From: Adineta vaga
Lineage: Eukaryota; Animalia; Rotifera
Length of the DNA: 64,000 nt
Direction: 5' to 3'
Assembly (NCBI GenBank): GCA_021613535.1
Contig: CP075492.1
Coordinates: 11,222,001 to 11,286,000 of the forward strand
Notes under the pieces: model-generated
The model's database searches: none
Told to the model about the DNA's origin: nothing
What the model saw: only the letters and a program-made list of their open reading frames with translations
In this document: positions 1-14,557 of the stretch, one piece after another
Position numbering within the stretch: the first letter of the stretch is position 1
Layout: each line of letters begins with the position of its first letter
Program-made: the position numbers and the translations under genes

Positions 1-9
1 AATCTATAG

Positions 10-1135
10 TTGATTCAATTGCGTAAAGTATCAGCAAAAATCAATCCTAATACGTCTTCCTCTAACTCGGAGGCACCACGATCACGTGATACTTCAGTTG
101 ATCAACCACAACGTTATGGTGCCAGTGGTTATATTGATAAATCAGAATATGATGCTTATAAACAATCAACAGTAAATTCAACGTCTGGAGGAAATCGAGG
201 AGGTGCTTATTCAAATTATTCCACAGATAATAATAATAATCGATATGTTCAAGATGTGATTGATGATGATGATGATTATACGCCAATAGTAACGAACGAT
301 TACTCAAATGGACAACAACAGTCAAAGAATTCTTCCACGACACCGTATTCTGGTTTGTTAAGAAGATTGTCTATGGTTTGTGCTCGATAAAATTGATCTT
401 CGTTTTCTTTTTCTATAAAGGACTTGTTGGTCGATCAAATAGTTACAATGGTTTACAACCAAAATTAATCAGTAATAAACAACGTAATACAGCAACCAGT
501 TCAACTATGTTATATCCAGTAAATATTTGTTTTTCGTTTGTATTCATTATGAAAGGAAATTTCTTTTAGAAATCTAGTAGTGGAGGTTTAACACGTGAGA
601 AGATCGGAGGTAATCGTGGTTATCGTTCTGGTTCAGCTCCGACTCCTACACCGCCATCGAAACAAATCAATAATAGTAATAATAACAATTATTACATTCG
701 ACGACCGACAGTTATTTTTAATGATGAACGTGGTGGTCCAAGTGATAAAAGTGCAGGTGCACAATCGAGAATGAATAATAAATTTGTAAGTAAAAAAATT
801 CATTTTTTCATATTAGAATCATTGAATTTCATTAGGTAAACACACTTCGACCAAATTCAACTGTTGACAACCGAAACAAACCTCGTTATCATTCCGCTAC
901 ACTGATGAATTACAATCAACAGCAACAATTAGGAGGTGGAGTATCGTCTTCTTCATACATAAATTACAATGGACAATATCAACAACATCAACGTCGTCCA
1001 ACCTACGGAAATTATTCTAATACTACAGTCTCAACAGTAGCACGTGATAATCTTGGAGGTTATCATCAAAATATGGGTACATTGACTCAAAATGGACTTC
1101 GTGTTCTCGATGGTCTTCTTCACAATGCCACGTAA
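10..1135 (+). CDS. 3' part of a multi-exon gene encoding an N/S/Y/Q-rich low-complexity protein (5' end outside the window)
   Basis: Exons 10-352, 421-518, 570-785 and 836-1135 join in frame through GT-AG introns, giving ...PYSGLVGRSN...MLYPKSSSGG...NNKFVNTLRP...ATLMNYNQQ...LLHNAT*. No domain recognised. Confidence 0.7.
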
Positions 1136-1741
1136 CGTTGATTTATAAGATATTTTTTGTTTTGTTGGTTTTTTTTCTTCTCTTTTTTATTGTTTATTAC
1201 GTACATATATATATATATATTTCATAATGGGCATTTCTTCTCTTTCGTGCATGAAAAAAATCAAAATGATCATGCATTGTTGTGTTCTGTTTGTTACTTC
1301 TTCTCTCAAACGCTCTATACCGTTAGTAGTGTGATCAATTTCCTACACCTCGTTTTTACACATATACAAGTGATCTTTTTGTGTACATTGTTTTTCATTT
1401 TTTTTTCACACACACACAAAACAAGTAAACATACAAGCATTGCTATGAACCTATTCACTCATTGATGTGTACATTCTGGTACTAAAACTGAAGTTTTACT
1501 TTATTTTGTATATATGTATATATGTAGCAATTCTTTCGAAAAGATTTCAGATGAAAAATGAGAAAAAAAAACAATTTGATTTAATTTGAAAATTTTCATC
1601 AAGCAGCACCCAGAAAAATCGAAAACAAAAGGAAAACAGCTAATATAATACTGTCGAAAAATACACAATATGTATAAGAAATAAAGAAAACAATACCATC
1701 GTATATATGACTAGTGTAAAACTTCATTCATATCATAGAAT

Positions 1742-4002
<2,261 letters not shown>

Positions 4003-6843
4003 CTTTAAAAAAAAGAAGAAAATTCGAAAGAAAAATGTTTTGTCAAGGTTAAAACATTTGTAGGCAAGCTAATTGAAAATATAATTGAGAAAACATAAGA
4101 CAAGCAACGGTACAGTATTTTTCTTTACCTATGCCAAACGTGATGAAGAATAGAAAAAATAAAGAAAAAGAATGAGTAAAAATGCTTCTACTACACTAAT
4201 GTATGTTCTTGTCTTATACGTTTTTCTTTTTCTTCATTCAATGTTGGTTTACTCTGAGTTTACATCGAGACGTGATTTGAGGAACTAATAAAAATGATTA
4301 TACAACATTGAATAACAGAAGATTCAATTCATCTTACCTTTTCTCGGTATCGACTGTTCAAATGAAGACAGAGAGAGAGAGAGAGAGAAAAGAGAGAAAG
4401 AGATCGAATAGGTTAAATCATTTAACTGTCTCGATACCAGTGAGCATGTATATACATGTTGAATATTTTTCTCTCTTTTTCTTTTCGCTCGACTACTACA
4501 ACTACCATCACCTCTCATAATGATCGAATGCATACGTGTCAGCTGTTACAGAGAAGACGCAAACGTATAATCTCAAATCAATAGAACTGAGAAAAGAAAA
4601 AAGAAAAGAAAAAGAAATATAAAGAACAGCATCTTTGCATTTTTTTTCTAGGTATTTTGTGTTTTGTTGCTCGTTTCTGTTACTTAGGAGTTCATTTTCA
4701 AATCATTTAGTCATGAGTAAAAGCAGAGAATGAACAATCTGTCGGTTGGAATACAAAAAAAAGACGTTAACGAGGATGGTTTCAAAAGAAAAAAGAAAAA
4801 AAAAGAAGAAAAAAAGGTGCAGATTTTTCTCGCATTCTTTTTTTCTCCCTATGACTTCAACAGTGTTCAACGCTGACATAATGCTAGAAAATGAACAAGT
4901 CAATCTTTTTTCAATCATTTGATACTAACAAATAATGTATTTCAAAAAAGAAATTATTCTTTTATGCAAATCATACGATAACATATCAGATGAAAAGTAA
5001 GAGCAGGTGTAGAAGATTTACAAAATAAATGATGTCTTCGATTCAATTCGAAATATAATATGTTTCATACGAATGTTATGAATAATACAAAAATAAGTAA
5101 CTATCAAGAATAATCCGATCGACATTTGATTGAAGATTGATGTCGAACAAAATTATGGAAATATCTGTAATCATAAACGAATTTACGTTATTAAAAAAAG
5201 AAATGATTTTCTTTATGACAAGTAAAAGAAAGAGAAAGAAATATTGTTGAATTGCTCATTTAACTAAACAAATCGGCGAAATCTATATGTATATTTAAAA
5301 TAAATCAATTTCAAGGATACTTTCTTTTCTCTTGTTGTACTTATCAATCGATTCTAATTAGTTATTCAAATTATGTTTTGTTAACAAGGACAATTGAATG
5401 TTATACGAAGTGTTTATCATGCATATAGTCGCTGTATCAAGGCTTGAAGACAGACTGAATTGTAATGAGAAGTATCATTAACCAAATTTCATGGATCATG
5501 TGTGAAACACAAACAAAATATTTTCTAATGATTATCGAGGGATGAATGGATATATATCTATATCCACCCCCATGATCGTTCACTAAATATGTCGTCTGTC
5601 TCGTCCTACGCATTAGGACTTCTTACTGCTGATGACTGGTATGGAACTTTCTCATGTATGACTAATCAAGACAATTTAATAAATGTTGTTAGTTTTCTAT
5701 TGAATGAAATAGGTCATATTGTTATTGATCATCGTTAGTTTTTCGTTGGCAGGTGTTATGAATAGTTAATCGAATATTTGAGATTTATTTAGAAAAGAAT
5801 TTTATTGAGAAAAAAAAGACGCAACGATAATGATGGTAATGATCAAAAGGAAAACGAAGTCAGATTAACATGGTTAATGATTTTATTGATAGCGAGGCGT
5901 TATTCAAATAACAATGAAAACAAAAGCTTTGTTCTATCTATGCTCATCTATTATGCATGCGATCCTTTTTCTTCGTGCGGGGGGGTTGACATATAAAGTA
6001 CCTCTTCGCCCTATTCAAGACGTTCATCAATCGCCTATTCCTCTCCTCTCCTCTCTCTGTTTTCCTTTGATATAGTGATATATAAACTCACAAAACTGGG
6101 ATGAATTCTAGATTTCAGTTGATCTTCTCTTTGATCAAAGTATCGGCACATTTATATTCAATTGTAAGTAAATCAATGCTTTCGTTTGTACATGACTAAA
6201 ACATGTACCTTAACGAAAGAAAATCATACATACACACACAGTCATGTATCTATAACAAAATAAGTATCTTTTTGTGGGTGTTAGTCATGAGTAGAATATA
6301 ATGATTTATCCTGTATATAAATTGAAATTGTACATGTCTGAAGAAGAAAACGATCATATTTACATATGTACGTCATCTAATAATATTAATAGTGAATAGG
6401 AGGAAATTTTATGTAAAATCTGACATTTGTTTATGATTATTCTTGAAAATCGATTCATATTTTTTCTATTAAACCTAACCGAAATTAATGAGTTCGAATA
6501 AATCATTTGTTTTTCATTGTCATCAAGAATTTCTAGTCACGCTATTGTATATGAGAAAAAAAGTCATATCGAGCCCTTTACAATCATCATTTTCATAGTT
6601 ACTATGAACTATTGTTTATTTCTTTAATAAGCATGAATAAGAAACGTTCTCGGAAAAGAGAGTTTCCTTCATTTTGATTAATCCAGACTACTACCTACAG
6701 TCATAAGAAAACGTTTTCTTTCGAAAAAAATACTTCTCTTCTAATGTTCTCTATTTAAATATCGTGAGTAAATCATTTTTACAGTTTGATAATTAGAACA
6801 TATGTGTTATTTTAGATTCTACTTATTATTTACAAGAAAAACA

Positions 6844-7275
6844 ATGACTAACGTTCTTCTACTATTATTGATATGTTTCATTGGAACGAATGCTCAATGG
6901 TATATTATAAAAAAAGATTATCCATCTAGTTTAATGAATTATCCCAATCCAGGAAAACGAAGTATTCATGAAGATCAATCTCTCAATGACAATAAGATTG
7001 ATTGTTCAATTTCATATTCGTATTTAACTACATATGAAGAAAAAACAGCATGGTTATTAATGTGTAACAATGAACAAGCACCATTAAGATTAACTAATGA
7101 ATTATCATCTACTGAAAATTATATTGAGAATGAATTCTATACAAGCCCTCGACTTATATCTCATGAGCGACGGACTCTACGCTCTATTCGACCATATCTT
7201 CACGAACAAAAGGATTTATTTCAACAAAGACTATTGAAAAGCTTACGACGACGACGACGATCACTAAATCAATAA
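6844..7275 (+). CDS. Secreted neuropeptide precursor-like protein (predicted amidated peptide ending ...MNYPNP-amide)
   Basis: Signal peptide MTNVLLLLLICFIGTNA, then Q, a KK site and DYPSSLMNYPNP-GKR (amidation plus cleavage), with later RR/RRRRR sites. Probable 5'UTR intron 6164-6815; AATAAA near 7354. Confidence 0.7.
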   Translation: MTNVLLLLLICFIGTNAQWYIIKKDYPSSLMNYPNPGKRSIHEDQSLNDNKIDCSISYSYLTTYEEKTAWLLMCNNEQAPLRLTNELSSTENYIENEFYTSPRLISHERRTLRSIRPYLHEQKDLFQQRLLKSLRRRRRSLNQ

Positions 7276-7483
7276 TTGACAAAATGGTATTATTTGTATC
7301 TGTTTCACGTCTACATGTGCATTTGTGTCAGAAAAGAGAACAAGAAGAAAACGAATAAAATCGATTTGAACAAACATTCAATGATTAGTTTTCATTTTTC
7401 TGTTGTTAGTCTTGTTGTTGTAAAATAAATATATGTTTTATTTATTTTGTATCTATAAATGAACATGAAAAAAAACAGAACGT

Positions 7484-7807
7484 TCATTTATCATCGAACC
7501 ATATACGAGCAGCATTCTCATGTACAGCATAAGGATGATCTTCAACCAAAGAATCACTGCGTTTTCCCCAACCTAAAATCAATCATATGAATATTGAATG
7601 AAATAGTTTCAATTGAATCAAATCAAAAACTTTACCAACGCCCTTTCGTTTAACTAATTCTTGATAAGTATCATCTTCTTGTTCATCATGAATTGGAAAG
7701 GACCAAGAGAATTTCTTTTCTTTTGCTGGACGTGCGTCAATTGTAAATTGACTGATAAAATATGAGCAGATGATTAAAGTTATGGCGAAGAAGAAGCACA
7801 CCTTCAT
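7484..7807 (-). CDS. GW-amide (APGWamide/RGWamide-like) neuropeptide precursor, 86 aa
   Basis: Exons 7807-7636 and 7572-7484 give MKVCFFFAITLIICSYFISQFTIDA-RPAKEKKFSWSFPIHDEQEDDTYQELV-KR-KGVGW-G-KR-SDSLVEDHPYAVHENAARIWFDDK*: signal peptide plus a dibasic-flanked amidated peptide. Confidence 0.8.
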
Positions 7808-8546
7808 TTTTTGACGTATTGTTTGGGTACCAATTGATGAAATGAAAATAGGAAATGAATCGACGAGAGATTTTGTTTGAAAGAGAAGAAAAAAAAGTAG
7901 AAATTGCAAATTACGGACATAGGCTCGTCGTACAAATCGGTGATTTTAAATACTCCGCTTGTTCTCGAAATCCGCTAGAGAGAAAAAACAAGAGAGAGAG
8001 AGAATCATAGAATGAGTGATAATCAATAAGTTTATTCATTATATGACAGGTAAATTTTGTGTACCATAAAACAAATGTTAATTTCAATGAAGCTATTGCA
8101 TATTAATATACAGATTAATAGAAACGTGTAAGGTCAGTTGAATACAAAGTGATATTTTCTTCTTCATTCGATCGATATTCTATATATTTAAAGCATGTTC
8201 TCGGCAATTTATCTCTCTTATTCATATTTCAATGGTAACGAATAAAAAAATTACGCCTGCTCAATATTCGTAGGCGGTTTTATTCTCATTTTTCTCTCAA
8301 ACAATTGCGTATATAGTAAAAAACAAACGAGACTTTTTGAATTAACATCAATCAATTGATTCAAATCAAATAGAATTCTCATTTCGATAAAAAGAAAACC
8401 TCGTCAGATAAAGAAGAAACAATCCTTCGAGATTGTTGTCAAAATTTGATGACGACGTCATCATCTTAAGTAAATAGAAAGTATCGGTCAGAATTCTATT
8501 ATGGCATGAAATAAATTACATAGTGTTTGAAATATTTCTTCGACAT

Positions 8547-8619
8547 GGGGATGTAGCTCATATGGTAGAGCGCTCGCTTAGCATGCGAGAGGTATTGGGA
8601 TCGATGCCCAACTTCTCCA
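8547..8619 (+). tRNA. tRNA-Ala (AGC)
   Basis: GGGGATGTAGCTCATATGGTAGAGCG...CTCGC-TTAGCAT-GCGAG...GGGATCGATGCCC...CTTCTCCA. G3:U70 Ala identity pair; downstream T run (Pol III terminator). Confidence 0.96.
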
Positions 8620-8750
8620 CTTTTTAAATTTTTTTCAACAATATAAATAAAACTTTTTTTTTATTCTCAAATTTTCAATAAAAACACAACAAAAATCGAT
8701 CGTTCTCTTGTTTTTTCTTCATGATAAGAAAATCAACATTCTTCTCGACA

Positions 8751-10827
8751 TTAAACATATTCATATTTATCTACGATGAGATTTGTTTCACTTGAATACG
8801 GAGCTGATTCTCGATTAGCAAGAGATCGTACGCCAGCAATCTAAAACAAATGAGTAAAGAAGAAAATCATTCAATAATTTCAATAAAAATATCAAGTTAC
8901 TTTGATGTTACAAAATGGTGTTTCCGAATTGAAATCAAGTTGAATTGGAAAGAAATCGCCTGCTTTACCACGAACAGAAAATTCTAATGAACCTTCAGAA
9001 TTCGATTGATCAATGACAGGTAATGACCAAATTAATGTTGTTTTTCGACTATCAAACTGGTAATCCCCATCGATTTTACCAATAACTGGTGTTTGTCCAC
9101 CACTCCTTAAATAGAATACATCTTGAAATGGAACTATATGGAGAAAAAACAGGTCACTTACGGTAACGGGACACTTATTTGAACATCTTTTAGAACTAAA
9201 TTTGTATTTTGTAATTCATACTCAATATTCACGTCACATCCACCATTTGGTGTTTCATTCGGCCAACAATTAACTAGAAGAAGAGACAGGCGACAATCAA
9301 CAATAATTGTGAATTGTTATGTTTATTTTTACCTGTAAGTGGAACTTCACTGCCATCAGTTGATGTATAACGCCATTTAAGTACACCTACTTCTTGATTA
9401 GCAGGAAATGGTCGATCAGCATTTTTCAAACCAATCAACGATTCATTTGTAAATAATTTCTTATCAATATTCGGATGAGTCTAAAGAAAAAAAAAGATCA
9501 ATCTATTTGAAATTAAAAGACCTATTATTTACTTGTAATTGAATACTACGTGATTCTTTATTGTCAATAGCCACAACAATACGACCATAGTCTTCAGATT
9601 TAACACGTAGCATGATCATACCAGTAACTTCGAGATTTTCAACACCACCATTACGACCACAACGAACCGTTAATTTTTCTTCTTGTTTCAAATGAACACT
9701 GGAAAAAATTTTAAGTATCAATCTCTTCTTTGATATTTTCATACAAAGTCAACTTACTTTTCTTTTTGTGATTCAGATATGGATACACTAGGTGTTTTTG
9801 CTTTTGCTGTTGTTCCTCCAGCACCCGTTGTTACAGGTACAGTATTTGATACAACTTCGCCTTCAGATTTCAATTGATTAACGAATTCTTCAACATTTTT
9901 GCCCTTTTTATTCAAAACCATGCCTCTACCACCACCAGTTGTACCCGAACGAATAGTAGTACTAAATTTAATAAACAAAAATCAATTTCTAATCATATTC
10001 ATCTGATTGTACATACGGTGGACTACTTGTGTATGAAACTGGTGTAGGTGTTACATCAGGTTTCGAATCATTTGATGAACTACTATACATATTTGAGGAT
10101 ATACCAGTTGAACTTCCATATGATTTTGGTGCACCAAGACGTTGTTGAGCACGTCGCTGTAATTCAAATTCTTTCGCTTTTTGTTTCATTCGATCTTTGG
10201 CTTCTGTTTCTTGAGTCTGAATAAGTTAGACAATAGAAAAAACTCTAATTCTATTTAAAAAATCTTACTTTTCTCATAGCATCATGAACACGTTCATCAT
10301 GAGAATCCATTTCTGTATATACTCGAATTTGTGCTAAATTCACATTCTCTTTATAACCCAATGCAATAATTTCATCAAACGCAGATAATAATTCAAATGC
10401 ATGTTGAAATACTTCTTTTTCATCGACTGATTTACAATATTCTGGAATCTAAAACAAATATTTTTCTATATATACATATTCTGCGAACAAAATTAAACAA
10501 TTCAACTTACTACACGTGAAAATAATCTTAATGTTTCCAAATCTTCTAAAATATTGCTTGATTTTGTTGTTAATAAAACCATATAAAGTTTATCAAATGG
10601 TTGATAAACATAACGAACTGTATCGGTTTCAACAAACGTATGTTGTTTACCAGCGCCGATTAGTTTTGGAAATGCAGCAAGTAAACCTTCGATTCGTGAT
10701 CGTGTCATTTCCACGAATTGTCGAGAGACAATTGCTAGAAATAGATTGCGATCGATCGAAAGAAGACAATAATTTTTAACTTACGTTTGCCAGCTTTCGT
10801 ACAGATAGATGCAGCGAGTAAGACCAT
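8751..10827 (-). CDS. ARCN1: Coatomer subunit delta (delta-COP, archain)
   Basis: Multi-exon. [14 protein letters not shown]...[22 protein letters not shown]...[16 protein letters not shown], mu-homology region [25 protein letters not shown]-terminus ...[10 protein letters not shown]. Confidence 0.96.
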
Positions 10828-10872
10828 ATTTGCTAAAAAAATGAATGAAGTATGCAAGTAAATACGAAGAGG

Positions 10873-10893
10873 GTCGAGTCGAGTCGAGTCGAG
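10873..10893. repeat. (GAGTC)n short tandem repeat upstream of ARCN1
   Basis: gtcgagtcgagtcgagtcgag read directly from the sequence. Confidence 0.8.
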
Positions 10894-11767
10894 TTGGCAG
10901 TCTTGTTCTTGTTGTTTTTTTTTCTTTTCTTTGCGAATAATGTATTCGTAGATGAAAGAACCAATCAGTATCGAGTATACAGACACGAAGCATTTTCTTA
11001 TTTGACATAGATAACAGAAACATCACATTAGTGAAAATCTAAAACTCTACAGCGAAGACGAAGATAATATTGAGTATATATGAGAACAATGTACCAGTAG
11101 GGATAAGAAATCTAATGTCTATTCGATTGATATTGAATCTACATTGGATGACAAACTGAAATTTGAAATGTATCATATTAGAATACTTCGAGTTATATTC
11201 TAGACCGACATAGAAATTTCAATCGACTTAATACTAGATCTTTCGATTAATTGAGTGTAAAATCCTTCCGTCGTCATACGATACAATGAGAATTGAGTGA
11301 AGAATTATTTCCGTATACTGTTGTCTTGATCCTGATATAAAAATTAGATATTTATAGTCTGTAGATTATGTGTAAGTTTTTCTCAAGAAATTTTAATCGA
11401 GCAATTCTGAAATTCGATCAAAGAATTGCATGTCTGCGTTTTTCTCTACCTCTCGATAATTGTTTCCCGTAATTAACCTAAAGCGACACAGGAACAGAAA
11501 ACAATGGCGACAGAGGACGCTGCTCGAACGATTCTAAAGCTAACATGTGTTCTGATCAGTTGTTTGTTTTCATTTGTTTACCAAAATTTGTTGAAACTCA
11601 TTTTAACATATATTTCATATTTTCAAGTCGATTCTTACCCTTTATTGTTCTATGATTAACCATCCTGCTTATTTCATTTGACACAGTAAATAATTAAACG
11701 ATTTTTTTCTTCAGATAATATGAAGAATGTTCACATATTCAATTTAAATTAAGATTCAACAAAAACA

Positions 11768-11792
11768 ATATATATATATATATATATATATA
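11768..11792. repeat. (AT)n microsatellite
   Basis: About 12 AT units just upstream of the Kelch-like gene start. Confidence 0.9.
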
Positions 11793-11816
11793 TGTTTATT
11801 TAATTCAATGATAGCA

Positions 11817-14334
11817 ATGCATCATCAAAGTTCTGAACAATGTCGAGTAAATAACGTTTCTTCTATCCATACGCTTGATTGATTTCTTTTTTTTTTCAAT
11901 ATAGATTTTTGATGGACATTATGATGATGATGTCGTTGCATTTGATGATGCAACATCTCAACCTGTTAGTTTGATATCAACATCAAATTATGCGACGAAA
12001 TTGTTGGAAAAATTCTCTGCAATGCGTGATAAACCTGAATTGTGTGATTTTCGTATTGATGTAAATAATAAACATTTCTTTTGTCATAAATTCTTGTTAA
12101 TGGCAATCTCAGATTATTTTAAAACGATGTTCAATGGTTCGTAGAAAAGATTTTTTCATTTTCGAAACAGTATTTTTTTTTCTTTAATCACAGGTAGTAT
12201 GTGTGAAAGTCATTCAGATCATGTTGAATTAAAAGATTTCGAACGTTCATCAAATGGAATTGAAACAATGATTAATTTTTGTTATTCTGGTTCATTATCA
12301 ATTACATTTGAAAATATCGATGAATTATTACATGCAGCAACACATTTACAAATAGCTGAAGCCATTAATTTATGCTGCCAGTTTCTTATTGAATCATGTT
12401 CAATTAAAAATTGTATTGATATTTATAAAATATCTGACTTTTATTCCTTAGAAAATATTTTATTTGTCATAAAAACATTCATTTCAAAGAATTTCGTTCT
12501 ATTAATGTTTCAAGCACCTGATCAATTTGAACAATTGACTTATGAACAGATGTTTGAAGAATTATCAAGTGACACATTAGAAATGTATCAATATAATGAA
12601 TTTGATCTTTTTACTATGACATGTACATGGATTGAAGCTAATCGAACTGAAAGAGATCGACATGCTGCTGATTTATTTCAATTAATACGTTTTATGTTAA
12701 TGACACCAGAACAATTATGTGATCATGTACGAGATCATGAATTAATTAAATGTAATGAACAATCAAGAATTTTAGTACAGAATGCTTTGTGTTATTATGC
12801 ACTACCTAATCGACAATCATTATTGAACGATAAACAATGTCAAATAAGAAATGAATCTGTTCTGGTTGCTGTTGGAGAGGTAGAATTATTTATTTTGAAT
12901 ACAGTTGCAGAAAAATGGGATACAATTTGTCAAGCGCCTTTGGAAGAAAATTATCCTGTAAGTTTGTTTAAGAATATTACAAAACAACTTATCGTATAAC
13001 GATACAACTTGACATTTATGAAAACAACATGTACATGTAGTTTTCATTTGAAATCTTGTACTCTAGTTTTAATATAAACAACATCATTGAGAAAGTTATC
13101 TTTCGATAGATCATTAAATTCAAGAGTATTTTACAGCATTAAAGATGTCATGTTTTTTTCTTGTTATTGAGTAAATAATTAAACAAAGTTTTCTTTTAAT
13201 TGAATAGTCTTTATCCTTAATATGTGTGTGTTCTTGAAATGAAAGTCTAAGAAGTTATTGTATGTAAATAAGTATACTCGTTTTCTTTTTAGTATCCATT
13301 TAGCGCAATAACTGTAAATAATTATTTGTATGTACTTGGCACACGTCGTTCATCATCTGAAGAATATAAATCCTGTTATCGATTTTCAGCACGCACATGT
13401 GAATGGACTAAGTTACAAAATCTTTTACATGATCGATCACGATTTGCAGCCGCCTATGTTGATTCTTATATTTACATGTAGGTGAATGATTTGACGTCAT
13501 TCTTACAAAGGAAAACAAAGAATTAAATTGTTTTTTATTTGTGTTTAGCATGGGTGGTTTTGAAGGATTTAAGCGAACGACACGTGTTTACGTCAATACG
13601 ATCGAACGATATTCTGTTGAAGATGATCAATGGGAATCATTTTCAAACGATGGTCCTCAACTTTCCTTCGCTTGCTGCATGTGCTTATGATAATTCAATT
13701 TTTCTTGGAGGTGGTAAAAATGGTCAGTGGTATGTTGAATGATCTCGTTTTTTCCTCCATTATGTTACTAAGATTATTTAGGTCAAAAATAGCTGATTTT
13801 TATTGCTTTTCAATCGATAAACGTCAGTTAGAAAAACGTTCACCGATGCTCAATGCTCGTACAACACATGCATTTCACATTTTTGATGATAAAATTCTTG
13901 GTAACGAACATATTGATCTAATAATTTCCTTGTAATTAATCATTGATCTTGATTTAGCAATTGGAGGTTTTGATGATGATGGAAATGGCATGTTATCTAT
14001 TGAAAGTTATGATATTCAAAATGATCAATGGACAATTTTAACTTCAATTCCAGGTGCTATTTCAAAAACATGGCCACAATCATTGGGAACCGTTGATCGA
14101 CGAATTTATATATCAGTCTTTCATACATCGAATTCATTTATTGTAATGCAAGAAGGTTATTTCTTTGATTTAAATACGAAACAATGGACAAAAGCTCCTG
14201 TTGTTCATGAACGTGCACGATATTGTCCTACAGTTCAATTACGTTTTCCAAAAAATTTTATTAAAACTCTTCAAACGACAACGAATTCATCAACGTTACC
14301 ACTTTCGACTAATATTTCAGTTATGAATACTTAA
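11817..14334 (+). CDS. Kelch-like protein (BTB-BACK-Kelch, Cullin-3 adaptor type)
   Basis: BTB (LCDFRIDVNNKHFFCHKFLLMAISDYFKTMF...INFCYSGSL...AATHLQI), BACK (LFQLIRFMLM) and Kelch repeats (YIYIMGGFEG...IERYSVEDDQW; IGGFDD...IESYDIQNDQW). The start codon is approximate. Confidence 0.9.
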
Positions 14335-14557
14335 ATTAGAATGTTTTTCTTTTTCTCAGAGTGATTTAAATCCATAATATATTTATAGATATATATATAT
14401 ATTCTTCGTTTTCTTTTTCTAGATAATTTCATTGGATTTTATGATGTATAAACGTAATTTATTTCCGTCCTTGAAGTTTATTGTTTTCTCAAGATAATGT
14501 AAGAAATATTGTTTGTCTTGAGAGATCTAAATCTTCTCTTTTATGAATATTTAGATC

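Noticed and set aside
5589-5738. ~49-aa ORF MSSVSSYALGLLTADDWYG...
   Set aside because: Short, with no recognisable domain or supporting exon structure.
11040-11660. Coding-looking fragments and a ~51-aa ORF (MATEDAAR...) between ARCN1 and Kelch
   Set aside because: Multiple stops and no homology I recognise; more likely divergent promoter or UTR sequence.
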